The translations under genes and the position numbers were made by a program. Below, piece by piece: positions 30,664 through 40,638 of a stretch of DNA of 64,000 nt. Each line of letters begins with the position of its first letter. Position 1 is the stretch's first letter. The notes under the pieces were generated by a model. The model was not told the DNA's origin, did not search any database, and saw nothing but the letters and a program-made list of their open reading frames with translations. Source of the DNA: an uncultured virus (IMG/VR IMGVR_UViG_3300020045_012925) (lineage: Duplodnaviria > Heunggongvirae > Uroviricota > Caudoviricetes); IMG/VR virus record IMGVR_UViG_3300020045_012925. One strand, 5' to 3'.

Positions 30664-31093
30664 CTAAAACTTTATTGTTTTCTTGCCGTTTAATGGCTTT
30701 ATTTAAATTTATAATTGCCACTTCATTTAAACTATATCCCAGATCTTCAGCCGCCTTAGCTATGTACCACAACTGATCTCCAAGTTCCTTAATTATTAGC
30801 AGTACCGTATCTTGGTCAAAATTCCCTTTTTTGTCTCGTAAAATCTTTTTTAGCTGCTCATTTATTTGGCTGCCATTGATTAGCATACAAACAGCGGTTA
30901 GGATTTTCTCAGAGTATTCTCCGGCTTCTCCGAATAATCCCAACAAAGGATATAGCTTTTTATATTCATCAGGATAATCATTTGGTGATGTCGTAAAAGT
31001 TACATATCTTTGATATTCATCAAGATTTAAAGTAAATCCTGGAGTTGTAATTCCTACAGAAGATTTTAACTCATTTATATTATTAAGATTCAT
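30644..31093 (-). CDS. MazG-like NTP pyrophosphohydrolase
   Basis: LGLFGEAGEYSEK ... KELGDQLWY ... NLNK ... GDGDDR. Confidence 0.85.
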   Translation of the reverse strand: MNLNNINELKSSVGITTPGFTLNLDEYQRYVTFTTSPNDYPDEYKKLYPLLGLFGEAGEYSEKILTAVCMLINGSQINEQLKKILRDKKGNFDQDTVLLIIKELGDQLWYIAKAAEDLGYSLNEVAIINLNKAIKRQENNKVLGDGDDR

Positions 31094-31272
31094 TTTCTAT
31101 ACCTTTTGATTTTTTATATTGCTCGATTAGATCTTCCTGACCATGTTTATATCCATGAATAAAGGCGGTTGTATAATGTAGTTCTATAATAGGTATTATT
31201 GTTTCATCTTCTTGGTGGATTTTTAAAACTTTACTTATATATTCCCAGTGTTCTTTTGCCATCTTTGTTGAT

Positions 31273-32265
31273 TTATTCATTTGATGCTCCTATCAATTTT
31301 GTTAATCCATTAAATATCTCAGGCTCCAGGGATAATAATTCTTCAAAAACAGGTAACATTAAAGATCTCATTTGGGGATGAGCTTTTTTGCTACAACGTA
31401 ATTTAAATATATGATACCATTCGCGCAATGTACCTGTTATTATTATTTCAGTTTTTATGGAATTACTTAATACTTCACGAGCTTCTTGAGCTTGCCACTT
31501 TAATATTAATAGGGATTTATAATTTAATTCTGTCAATATACAGGATTCAATAAATATTCCCGATGAATCATCAGAATTGCCTGACCTAAACAATGGCGTG
31601 TATGTTCCAAGATATTGTTCATCAACCCATGTGGGAAGAATAAACTTTATTTCATCTTCATATTTAATGTATCTCGTGGATTCCTGACTAAATGCGCATG
31701 GTCTGTGCCTAACTAATTCGTGAGTTATTCCGCGATTTGTTATAAACCTAATCGTTTTTGTTGAATGAATTGCCCGTTCCATAAGAGACATCTTAGTTGG
31801 ATAAATGGGTAAAACTTCCTTACCATCCCAGCAGACAGAATTAAATAAATATGGAAATATATTTGATAATGCATACTCTATGGCTTTAATACTTGAGTTG
31901 TCTGGAATATTTGGGAGAGATAAAAACTCCATCCAGGCTCTCAAATTTCCAGAAGCAATATTATTATGGAAGGTTGAACAAGTTATGTATTTATTATTTA
32001 TTGCAGCCTCTTCTAATAAGTTCATGTTTAAATCTATTTGGAGATTTTTAATTTCTTCTATTGTCTTTGTTGGACAGGTAAACGCGATATAAACATGCTC
32101 AAGTACTGAAAGATGCCCGATGGATTTTAACATCTTAACAAATTTAATACCTGATGTATCTGTTATTTTATCTTCTGATTTGTAACAAACCCTGCCGCAA
32201 AGTTCAATTAATTTATATGGATCAGATTCATTTATTATCTCATGATATTGTTTGATTAATCTCAT
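31273..32265 (-). CDS. thyX: Flavin-dependent thymidylate synthase
   Basis: GHLSVLEH; THELVRHR..SQESTRY; W..IFKLR..AHPQMR. Confidence 0.9.
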   Translation of the reverse strand: MRLIKQYHEIINESDPYKLIELCGRVCYKSEDKITDTSGIKFVKMLKSIGHLSVLEHVYIAFTCPTKTIEEIKNLQIDLNMNLLEEAAINNKYITCSTFHNNIASGNLRAWMEFLSLPNIPDNSSIKAIEYALSNIFPYLFNSVCWDGKEVLPIYPTKMSLMERAIHSTKTIRFITNRGITHELVRHRPCAFSQESTRYIKYEDEIKFILPTWVDEQYLGTYTPLFRSGNSDDSSGIFIESCILTELNYKSLLILKWQAQEAREVLSNSIKTEIIITGTLREWYHIFKLRCSKKAHPQMRSLMLPVFEELLSLEPEIFNGLTKLIGASNE

Positions 32266-32497
32266 TTATGTCTCCTATAATTATTTTGGGTAACATTAAT
32301 TCTTTTTCATGATACATGTAGTTAAGAACTTCTTCAAAACGCTCTGTTTCAATTAGTTCTTTCAATGATAAAAAGATTGAATCGAATAATTTTTTTTGTT
32401 GTCCATAATGAAATCTTGCCTGGACAAATTCATATAAATCCCTATCTATTCTTGCTGTAATTTTGCCATACTCTAAAGATGACATTTTAATCTCCAT
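32240..32497 (-). CDS. Putative ribbon-helix-helix DNA-binding protein
   Basis: KITARIDRDLYE strand-helix pattern. Confidence 0.4.
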   Translation of the reverse strand: MEIKMSSLEYGKITARIDRDLYEFVQARFHYGQQKKLFDSIFLSLKELIETERFEEVLNYMYHEKELMLPKIIIGDINEINQTIS

Positions 32498-34340
32498 TCA
32501 GTAATTTAAAAAGTTGTTCCTCGGATATTTGAGGAATATTATATTTTATTGCTTTATCAATTTTTACTTTACCAGGTTCAGCGCCAACAATTAAATAATT
32601 AGTTTCCCTTGTAATATATTGGGAATACTCGTAATTGTGAATGTTTAAATATTCTATCATAGCCAGCCGCTCTTTGGATAAAGTTCCAGTAATACAATAA
32701 ATAGCTCTGGCCTGACTTGGTATTGATGTTAGTTTAAAATTTTTCATTTCACTTATTGCAGAAGTATATAAAGATACTGCGTAAATAAAACTTTTTTGTG
32801 CTCTATCAGATATGTGAATGTTAATCTTTCCGGAACTTAAAAACTGGCAAAGTCTAAGAGAAGTTTTGTATGCCAAACCAGGTAGACCTAAACCAGCTAT
32901 GAAGTGCGCCATGTTTTTTGTATCAGAAATATTGTTTACATTTTCAAATATATTGGCAAAAATCTTATCTCCAAGAACATTGATTAGTTGGAGTACAATA
33001 TTATATGATACTGGATCAAGTAATGCCCAAGGCTTATCTTTTAATATATTATAACATGTTTGATCTTGTAATATTTTTTCAACTAACGCTTCACCAATGC
33101 CGTCAAGTTTTATGCCTTGAGGAGAATAAAAGTGAGCAATGGATGTTATGAGTTTTGCCAGGCATTTTTCATCTGTACAAATTAAATGTACGCCTGAAAC
33201 TGTTAAAGTGGATTTACAGATTGGGCATTGTACGGGTAAAGGGGTAAAATAGGCTGTTTCCAGGGCGTCGTTTTGAACAGGGGTAACCGTACTAAGCACA
33301 GGCAAACAGGTCTTAGGATTAAAATTTTCGCCTGTATTTTTGAACCCTGGGCATAAACCCTGGTTACTTACGGAAATAATCTTCGGAATTATCTCTCCTG
33401 CTTTGCCCACAGAAATCTTTGATCCTATTTGAATTTCGCGTTCAAGAATCCATTTGGCATTATTCCCTGTTACGCGAGTATTAACAGTTCCACAAAGTTC
33501 AATTGGTTCGTATATTACAGTAGGGATTACTCTGCCTAATCTACTTACATTCCATTCGATATCTGTTACAACAGTATCTTTTATTTGTATTGGGGGTTTC
33601 CATGCAATTGACCAGTTATTTGTTTTACCATTGTTTAAGGCTACCAGGCGAGTCTTTTCATTTTTCACCTTCAGCATTAAGCCGTCTATTGGGTATATTT
33701 TTGACCATTCAGCATGAAGTATAAGTAAAAGTTCTCCCAAGAAATCAAGGTCACCGTCGTAAGTGTAAGGATAAAACAATTCTCCATAATTATGACTTAC
33801 TGCTGTCATTTGAACTGTTGGAATATCATGTTTTCTTGCAAGCCAGCCTGATACTGTGTTGCGCGGATTTTTACCATATTCAGTTTTCCAGTCTTCAAAT
33901 GGGATTATAACTTCCATGCTTTGGAAATGTTTTAAATTTGAAGGAAACTTAATATATGGAATCTTACCTGATATGTCTTGTCCACATTTACCGTCACCCT
34001 CAAGAGATAGTTTCCATCCAGATTTTGTAGCCGTCATAACTACTGCGCAGCCATCGTATTTTGGCTCTATAATAATTTCTTGTGAACCAAATCTTGTGAA
34101 GAATGGCTTAATGTCAGAGAGACAAAATGCTTTATTTGTACCATATATTGGGAACTTGTGCCAGTCTGTTCCTGTAAGATATCCTCTATTTGCTGTATGG
34201 TATAATAAGTCATTATTTGGGTCAATCTTATATAACTCTTGCCAAAGTATATCGTATTCTGTATCGGATATGAAAGGTATTCCTGCGGCATAGGCTGCAT
34301 TGGCGTCTTGAACTTGTTTGATTAATTCTATCTTATTCAT
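32487..34340 (-). CDS. ligA: NAD+-dependent DNA ligase
   Basis: ISDTEYD Ia domain, EPKYDG motif I, NPRN, YPIDG, OB fold (GEIIPK), Zn finger, C-terminal BRCT (ITG..TNYLIVG..KAIK). Confidence 0.9.
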   Translation of the reverse strand: MNKIELIKQVQDANAAYAAGIPFISDTEYDILWQELYKIDPNNDLLYHTANRGYLTGTDWHKFPIYGTNKAFCLSDIKPFFTRFGSQEIIIEPKYDGCAVVMTATKSGWKLSLEGDGKCGQDISGKIPYIKFPSNLKHFQSMEVIIPFEDWKTEYGKNPRNTVSGWLARKHDIPTVQMTAVSHNYGELFYPYTYDGDLDFLGELLLILHAEWSKIYPIDGLMLKVKNEKTRLVALNNGKTNNWSIAWKPPIQIKDTVVTDIEWNVSRLGRVIPTVIYEPIELCGTVNTRVTGNNAKWILEREIQIGSKISVGKAGEIIPKIISVSNQGLCPGFKNTGENFNPKTCLPVLSTVTPVQNDALETAYFTPLPVQCPICKSTLTVSGVHLICTDEKCLAKLITSIAHFYSPQGIKLDGIGEALVEKILQDQTCYNILKDKPWALLDPVSYNIVLQLINVLGDKIFANIFENVNNISDTKNMAHFIAGLGLPGLAYKTSLRLCQFLSSGKINIHISDRAQKSFIYAVSLYTSAISEMKNFKLTSIPSQARAIYCITGTLSKERLAMIEYLNIHNYEYSQYITRETNYLIVGAEPGKVKIDKAIKYNIPQISEEQLFKLLNGD

Positions 34341-34553
34341 TGTTATTCCTTTGCATCTTTTAATGTTTTAGGCCAATCAGATAATAGATCTTTACAGAGA
34401 TTGCATATATGTGTTATTTTGTTTCGTTCAGAATTAGATAAGCCATTGTTATTTAATGTTGTTTGTAATGCTGCCATGTGTCCGGTGATTATGCGCTTGT
34501 TCCAATTTCGTTCTCTGGCAATATTTTGAGCTGGTGTCATTATTAAGCTTTCC

Positions 34554-35090
34554 TTATCTATATAGTCCAAAGTCCTTTAGTTTTATTTTAGCCATTCTAC
34601 CATCTGGATGATGAAATACAATACCTTCAAATTGGAATGCATGTAACATTTTTTTAATATAAATATATGAGATATTAAACTTGGATACTTTATAAGCTTT
34701 ATGGGACATTAAAATATGGTTTGGTACTTTGTCTTTGTTTTTGTGAATCTTAGGTCCGATTAATTCATATGTTCCATTTGGTAATATTGGATCATAAGCT
34801 TCGATGTAATATTTATCTTCTTTGGAGGAAAAATCAACTGGCAGCCAACCATAAAATTTGTTAGCTTTATAATCTGAAAAAGTTAAAATGAATGAGTCTG
34901 GAAAATTATGTTCATCCTTAAGAATTGCGCGTTTATAATAAATTGAATCCTTAATCATTGCCGCCATGCCTTGCCACTTGCGATATGCAATTCCTTCATT
35001 GTCAAATACCCATTGACATTCAGGATTAATTTTATCAATCACTTTGAATGTTTTATAATCTCGTTTGAATATAGTTGGAATTTTTATCAT
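34554..35090 (-). CDS. DUF5565/RLIG1-like RNA ligase family protein
   Basis: KIPTIFKR; RKWQG (motif I variant); GTYELIGPKI; EGIVFHHPDGRMAKIK. Confidence 0.65.
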   Translation of the reverse strand: MIKIPTIFKRDYKTFKVIDKINPECQWVFDNEGIAYRKWQGMAAMIKDSIYYKRAILKDEHNFPDSFILTFSDYKANKFYGWLPVDFSSKEDKYYIEAYDPILPNGTYELIGPKIHKNKDKVPNHILMSHKAYKVSKFNISYIYIKKMLHAFQFEGIVFHHPDGRMAKIKLKDFGLYR

Positions 35091-35102
35091 TATAATTTCC
35101 TA

Positions 35103-35480
35103 TTATTTGTAGGCTGAAAAATAATTTGATTCTATAATCTTTTTGTATTTTATCAAGTTTGCTTTATCTTCAAATCTTGGAATATTTAATTCTTTTGCAA
35201 GTTTAATTTCATCTTGTACGCCTTCGTGATCTTGGCTATCTGGCAATATGAACATAACCTGGGATACTTTTAAATATTCTAAACAGTAGTCACGAAATTG
35301 TTGGATATTAAAAATATTGTCAGGATTCATGATTATGAAGTCCATATCATGCCAGGGACAAAAAGGAGCAAAGCCTAAAGAAAAGAATTCTGCACAAGCT
35401 TTTCTGCCACGACCAATGTTTTTTAAAATATCTAATACGTTATTAGCAGAATATGCCCCGGCTACATATAATCTAAGCAT
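35103..35480 (-). CDS. DUF4406/nucleoside-deoxyribosyltransferase-fold protein
   Basis: LYVAGAYS..PFCP..EGVQDEIKLAKELNIP. Confidence 0.6.
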   Translation of the reverse strand: MLRLYVAGAYSANNVLDILKNIGRGRKACAEFFSLGFAPFCPWHDMDFIIMNPDNIFNIQQFRDYCLEYLKVSQVMFILPDSQDHEGVQDEIKLAKELNIPRFEDKANLIKYKKIIESNYFSAYK

Positions 35481-35481
35481 A

Positions 35482-35940
35482 TTAATCTCCTTTGTTAAAG
35501 TTATTAACTTCAAAAGTAACATTACATTCTTTAAGCATATTAATAGATAAAATTAAATCATCTTGCCATCGTTCAGGACAGTAAAGAATTGACTTATTTA
35601 CTACAAGTCTCTTTATGCCTGATTGAATAATTGCTCTGGCACAAGATGTACACGGGGGCCATAAACAATACATTGTACAGTTATTTGTTTTGGCACCAAA
35701 TCGAGAAGCATTATAAATTGCATTACGTTCAGCATGTTCAAAATATTTATATTTTAATGGCCGTTCTTGTTTAATGGGATCATGGTTTAAGCCGCGAGGA
35801 AATCCGTTATATCCTGTTGATCTTATTTCATTTGAAATACCAACAATTATTGCGCCTATTTTATTAGAAGGATCTTCGGATTTCAATGATACTGCTTTGG
35901 TTATACTTATGAAGTATTCATCCCAGGATATTTTATTCAT
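35482..35940 (-). CDS. dCMP deaminase
   Basis: TGYNGFP, HAERNA, PCTSC. Confidence 0.9.
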   Translation of the reverse strand: MNKISWDEYFISITKAVSLKSEDPSNKIGAIIVGISNEIRSTGYNGFPRGLNHDPIKQERPLKYKYFEHAERNAIYNASRFGAKTNNCTMYCLWPPCTSCARAIIQSGIKRLVVNKSILYCPERWQDDLILSINMLKECNVTFEVNNFNKGD

Positions 35941-36242
35941 CTTTATTAATCTTTTTCCTGGATATAAAGGTTTAAATAATCATTGAAAGCCCTTAATAAC
36001 TGGATACAGAAAACTTCTTTTGAAGGAAAAGATATATGGAAATCAGCAGAAGTTTCTATTTCAGTAATATATATAGGATATCCAAGAATTGAATTTAACT
36101 CAGATAATGCACTAAATGTAGATGTTATTATAATGGTATTATCTGGAAATTTTAAACCTGTTGCGTGTTCAGAATATCTTATTCCTTTTGCAATGTATTC
36201 GACATAATTACTTCTTAAAGCGATGTTCATTTGTTGTCTCCT

Positions 36243-37055
36243 TTACGTCTGGGCAACAGTTTCAGGCTTCGGCAAATCAACTCCGCCGATGTTGATAGTT
36301 GGGTGCTTAAATGTTTCTTCGCATGTTCTGATGTATATATAGAACTCGGTTTGTCCAGCAACATTAACGCCAAAAGGATACCCACTTTTAAACAATCCAG
36401 CTTTCCATCCTGCATCAGGATTGTTGGTGCATTCAACATTTTTTCCAATCAAATGCTCGGCATCCCTCCAGTTTAATCCAGAATAATATTCAGGCACGAA
36501 TGTTGTTTGCTTACGTCGATATACACAATGTTCAGACCAATTAGGTTCTCTGTATAAGTCTACCCAATTTAAACTACCATTATGGGCTAATGCAACTTGC
36601 CATATCTCCCAAGGTTTTTCATAAGTTTTACTGTCTTCAGCATACTGCTTTTTTTCTTTTTCAAAAAAATCAATACTTTCATTGACCTGTGTAACAGAGG
36701 TAACTGGAATACTGTAATCTATTAGACCTTTCTTGATTGCTGTGCTAATTCTTTCTGCTGCTTCTACTATTGATTCATTTAATGCATACTTCTTTGCATA
36801 TTTGGTTAAAATTTTGATATCTTTTGTGAATGAGTAATAGTTACACTGTTCAGTCATGCTATATCCTTTTTCAAAAAGATTTTGAGTTTCATCTAATTTG
36901 TCATTTAAAAACTCATCTGCATTGATCCATTTCCAAAACATATTAATTTCTTTACAGGCTAAAATTCTTGCAGCCTTAAGTATTGGAACATCCCAAGAAA
37001 TTGCTACTTCTTGTAACCTTTTGTTACCAAATAATATCTGATTTTGTGAGAGCAT
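36243..37055 (-). CDS. Hypothetical, apparently chimeric protein (direct-repeat-flanked cassette)
   Basis: 270-aa ORF ending exactly at the repeat junction. Confidence 0.45.
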   Translation of the reverse strand: MLSQNQILFGNKRLQEVAISWDVPILKAARILACKEINMFWKWINADEFLNDKLDETQNLFEKGYSMTEQCNYYSFTKDIKILTKYAKKYALNESIVEAAERISTAIKKGLIDYSIPVTSVTQVNESIDFFEKEKKQYAEDSKTYEKPWEIWQVALAHNGSLNWVDLYREPNWSEHCVYRRKQTTFVPEYYSGLNWRDAEHLIGKNVECTNNPDAGWKAGLFKSGYPFGVNVAGQTEFYIYIRTCEETFKHPTINIGGVDLPKPETVAQT

Positions 37056-37165
37056 TTGTTGTCTCCTAATTATTAGCGTTCAAAAAAAGTTTGAAGAAGA
37101 ATAAAGATTTTTTGTTTATGTAATTGGTGTTCATTTTTTGAACGCTAATTAGAAAGTTTAACTGA

Positions 37166-37372
37166 TTATTTATCTAATTTCTTTGCATATGCGTCAATAT
37201 TTTCTATCGCCATTTCATATGCCATAGCTGCAACTTCATCTATAACTTCATCATCAGATAAAGCTTCTAATGCTGCTTCATCAGCAACATATTTAAGAAA
37301 ATCAATTTCTTCTTCCTGAGTAGATCCTACAAAACCCATATTATAACAAGCTAACCAATAACGATGTGCCAT
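37166..37372 (-). CDS. Small acidic hypothetical protein
   Basis: Start MAHRYW with AGGAG RBS. Confidence 0.5.
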   Translation of the reverse strand: MAHRYWLACYNMGFVGSTQEEEIDFLKYVADEAALEALSDDEVIDEVAAMAYEMAIENIDAYAKKLDK

Positions 37373-37409
37373 AATATATCTCCTTTTATTAATAAAAAAA
37401 CAGTATAAA

Positions 37410-37458
37410 ATATCCAACCAAAACTAAATCGGGTAAACTTAAAATTTTGGTTGGATAT
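37410..37458 (-). terminator. Hairpin/terminator after SSB-like gene
   Basis: 14-bp inverted repeat ATATCCAACCAAAA / TTTTGGTTGGATAT, T-rich downstream on minus strand. Confidence 0.5.
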
Positions 37459-37470
37459 CATTTTTATGGT

Positions 37471-37893
37471 TTACTGAATCCTGACGATTTCATTTCTTGG
37501 CTGGCCAACTTTAACAGGCTTGCCATTTTCATCAGTTCCCATTCCATCGTTATATGATAGATCCGCTGTGAATTCGAGACCTTTTAAATCGCTTTCATCT
37601 GTCTCTTGATCGGGGTCAAGACCTAATGCACGAAGAAAATCTTTTACGCGTCTCCACATGTCATTGGATTTTGTATCATCATCTTTGGTATAATCTTTAT
37701 AATTACCATACCATAAGGTGTGAAACAAAGTTTCAGCAGCATCTTCTCCATCAATTTCACAAACTAACATGCATCCATATCTGCCTGTTTTAAGTGATTT
37801 TGTTTCTTTAACTGTTGTAATGCGAAGATCATATTCTCCAGACTCTACAGGTTTTTTGTCTTGAATTTCTTTGAGTGGCGGAATAGCAAACAT
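37471..37893 (-). CDS. DUF669-like single-stranded DNA-binding protein
   Basis: PVESGEYDLRI..KSLKTGR..FLRALG..RNEI; follows Sak4-like ATPase. Confidence 0.65.
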   Translation of the reverse strand: MFAIPPLKEIQDKKPVESGEYDLRITTVKETKSLKTGRYGCMLVCEIDGEDAAETLFHTLWYGNYKDYTKDDDTKSNDMWRRVKDFLRALGLDPDQETDESDLKGLEFTADLSYNDGMGTDENGKPVKVGQPRNEIVRIQ

Positions 37894-38074
37894 GGTAGTT
37901 CTCCTTTATTTAATTAAATTAGTTTTACTAAAAGTTATGATTTTATAAAATACTTTTGACTTTTTCTTTTTCTTTGCATCAGATAGTTTTAGGTAAGGTA
38001 ATTTTATAGCTCCTTTTCTTGTTGTTGGAAATCTGGTTAATGATGTAAACATAAGTTTCCTTTTATTAAATAGG

Positions 38075-38905
38075 TTAAATTGTTGTTTTACGGTTTAAAT
38101 AAGCTTTTACTAAATCATCCATAGTTATATTTGTAACATATGAATTGTCAAAAACGCGAGACTTTGCCTCAAAGTTTAATTTTTCTGTAAAATAAATTTG
38201 GCGATTTGTACCTTTTACGGTTAATAAATATGCCTCATCGAAATCACAAGCGATTAACTGCCTAAATTGACCATTTACAGCGGGATATCTGGCAACAACT
38301 TCTTGGTCAGAGTTCATTAAAGTATGCAAATGTACAGTTACAGCGACGGCACAGGGGAGTTCTTGGAGTGAACTTGTTAATGTTGTCATCCAGTTTAGGA
38401 GCTGTCCCCAGTGAGCTGGTGCCATGCCGAGTTTCATGTCTAACTTTTTGCCAATCCCAGATGGGGTTACACTGGATTTCTGGCAGATTTCAGCTATTGC
38501 TTTTTGATTAGCGTTAGTTAATGAGTCAAGAACTAATAATCCGTTATTAGATACCAGGTGTTCAAAGAACTCGTTTTTACCATCTTCAGTAAAGGTTTTC
38601 CAGAAATCTGAAAACAACACAGAACTTGATGAAAAGTTATCTATTGTTATGTTTTCCCGATTACCGATTAATTTCTCAATTGTTTTCTCTCCACCTTTAT
38701 CAAACATATAATAATGTATTGGACCATTAGTGTATGTTGATGTGAAGTGAGTTTTACCACTTCCAGAATTTCCGCAAAGTAAGAATTTTAGGTTAAACTT
38801 TCTTGGCTGTTGAGATAATTTGGTTTTATTAAAAGATTTGGGTTCATTTGAATTTGGTGTTTGTTCGGAGTTTTGGGTTGGTTTAATTGCGCTTACAGTT
38901 ACCAT
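38075..38905 (-). CDS. Sak4-like AAA ATPase (ssDNA annealing)
   Basis: GNSGSGKT Walker A, LVLDSLT Walker B, terminal AKSR. Confidence 0.75.
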   Translation of the reverse strand: MVTVSAIKPTQNSEQTPNSNEPKSFNKTKLSQQPRKFNLKFLLCGNSGSGKTHFTSTYTNGPIHYYMFDKGGEKTIEKLIGNRENITIDNFSSSSVLFSDFWKTFTEDGKNEFFEHLVSNNGLLVLDSLTNANQKAIAEICQKSSVTPSGIGKKLDMKLGMAPAHWGQLLNWMTTLTSSLQELPCAVAVTVHLHTLMNSDQEVVARYPAVNGQFRQLIACDFDEAYLLTVKGTNRQIYFTEKLNFEAKSRVFDNSYVTNITMDDLVKAYLNRKTTI

Positions 38906-38925
38906 GATAAGTTTCCTTAATTATT

Positions 38926-39276
38926 TTAGATTTCTTGGCATTTGGATATATCAAAAACTTTTAAAAAATTATTATCTTCATTAGATAAAACAATTTCAAG
39001 ATTAGAAGAATAATATCCATTATTATTCCCATATCCAGGAATGCGTATAGGAAAACCTTTAAAAGGTTTTAATTCAATTCCATAACCTTCTATACGCTCA
39101 AAAAAATTATCTGAAGTTAAATCAAATTCAAGACCATCAAAATCAGATAAAATAAGATCTGAAAAACTTAAATAATGATTTTCACAGCAATCTTGATCAT
39201 GATGATAAGTTAAAATTGTATTATTGTCAAATGTAATTGAATCGAAATTAATAGATATAACTTTAGATTTATTCAT
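38926..39276 (-). CDS. Hypothetical protein (HDQDCCE motif family)
   Basis: HHDQDCCE and NNGYYS motifs common in small phage proteins. Confidence 0.55.
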   Translation of the reverse strand: MNKSKVISINFDSITFDNNTILTYHHDQDCCENHYLSFSDLILSDFDGLEFDLTSDNFFERIEGYGIELKPFKGFPIRIPGYGNNNGYYSSNLEIVLSNEDNNFLKVFDISKCQEI

Positions 39277-39307
39277 TATAAATTTTCCTTAATTAAAATA
39301 AATTTTA

Positions 39308-40285
39308 TTATGCAGCTTCTGATAAACGCTTTTTAGTTTCTTCATCAATCAATTCCGGATCCCATTCGGAGAACTTGAATCCCTGGGGAGCTTTGTCAAT
39401 CCATAATAATGGGTTATTCCGGCTTTTGCATAAATCATAATATGCGCAAGTTGTACTGAAGGAAGTACACGAGTAGCCGGGTTTGCGATGAAAAGAATTA
39501 AGAATGTCCGTTCTATTTGTGCATCTTAATTTATCTTCTTCCAATATAATTAGGTTTTTCTGAATATCTGAGATATAATAAACAAGATCAGCCAGGAAAT
39601 GATCTAAGGCTGAAACTCTTTTGTTTACTGTAATAATTTCAAAGCCAATTTTAGTTTTTTGACATAATGCCATTCTATATGTCATAGTAGGTATTTTGTC
39701 ATAGAATAATCTGCCCGCTGTAATATATCCGTCAGTCTGAAATGATTGGGCAAACGTGTCTGGGGTTGTTTTATAAATTGCCTTGCATGTTTTATGGTCA
39801 ATGATTTCAATGCCCGTTCCGTCAGACATGATTAGGTCTTTCTTACCTATATAGCGAGGCAGATTTGGATGGTCATCATCGGAGAGGTTTAGAGCAAATG
39901 GAGCTTCTACAGCGAGAATTGAGCGATTTTGAGTATCTAAGGATAAGAATCTTGTCCAATAATCCTTGTACATGTTTGCTGCATGACCTGGGGATTTTGG
40001 AAAAATAATGTCTTCATTTTTCCATATTGGCTCACCATCGAGTTTCCATAAAGCATTGAAGGCTTTTATAGAATTAATTGTAGCGTCCATTATGGATAAT
40101 GCTGAGGGATCTTTTTGAAGAATTTTATATGTTGATTCAAGCCCGTAATGCCAGCATGAACCAAATACGAGGTGGATAGATGTTCCTGCAGGACGCAGAT
40201 TCATTATGTATTGAAATAAAAATTCGCGCGGACATGACATGTAACAAGCTATTGATGAATAGTCAATCTTTTCATTGTAGTTCAT
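39308..40285 (-). CDS. PD-(D/E)XK Cas4/RecB-like exonuclease
   Basis: SCPR, FGSCWH, VEAPF, GKKDL..IIDHKT, C-terminal Cys cluster. Confidence 0.8.
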   Translation of the reverse strand: MNYNEKIDYSSIACYMSCPREFLFQYIMNLRPAGTSIHLVFGSCWHYGLESTYKILQKDPSALSIMDATINSIKAFNALWKLDGEPIWKNEDIIFPKSPGHAANMYKDYWTRFLSLDTQNRSILAVEAPFALNLSDDDHPNLPRYIGKKDLIMSDGTGIEIIDHKTCKAIYKTTPDTFAQSFQTDGYITAGRLFYDKIPTMTYRMALCQKTKIGFEIITVNKRVSALDHFLADLVYYISDIQKNLIILEEDKLRCTNRTDILNSFHRKPGYSCTSFSTTCAYYDLCKSRNNPLLWIDKAPQGFKFSEWDPELIDEETKKRLSEAA

Positions 40286-40312
40286 TTTAATTTCCTTTCA
40301 TTGATTAAAGGA

Positions 40313-40389
40313 TGGTAGCCAAAATGAGATTCGAACTCATACTTGTAAGATTTTAAGTCTTATGTCTCTACCAGTTGGACTATTTGGCC
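40313..40389 (-). tRNA. tRNA-Leu (UAA anticodon), CCA encoded, short variable loop
   Basis: GGCCAAA/TTTGGCT acceptor, anticodon arm TAAGA-CTTAAAA-TCTTA, T arm ATGAG-TTCGAAT-CTCAT, ACCA end; 77 nt. Confidence 0.92.
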
Positions 40390-40395
40390 AGATTA

Positions 40396-40638
40396 ATTGT
40401 TAGACTTCTTACACGTGACCTTTTTTAATTACCGTTTCTGCTCGTCTCACTTTACAATACTTTACTTTTTTAATGGGCATATTAAAAAGTTTTTTCTTGC
40501 AAGTCAGGGGTGCTAAATCTGTTTGCATTGACGATGCTCAATTCCACGAACCAATATTACTTTTATTCCTGCATTTTCATGCCCTAACAGAATATTTCAT
40601 AAAGGAAAAAAAGGCCACTCGGTAAAAAGTCTAACAAT
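40396..40638 (-). ncRNA. Candidate structured non-coding RNA (~243 nt)
   Basis: Ends pair in a ~28-bp interrupted stem with G-U wobbles on the minus strand; three nested internal helices. Confidence 0.5.

Noticed and set aside
40396..40638. Hammerhead ribozyme, tmRNA or group I intron
   Set aside because: No CUGANGA core, tRNA-like ends or conserved intron core elements found
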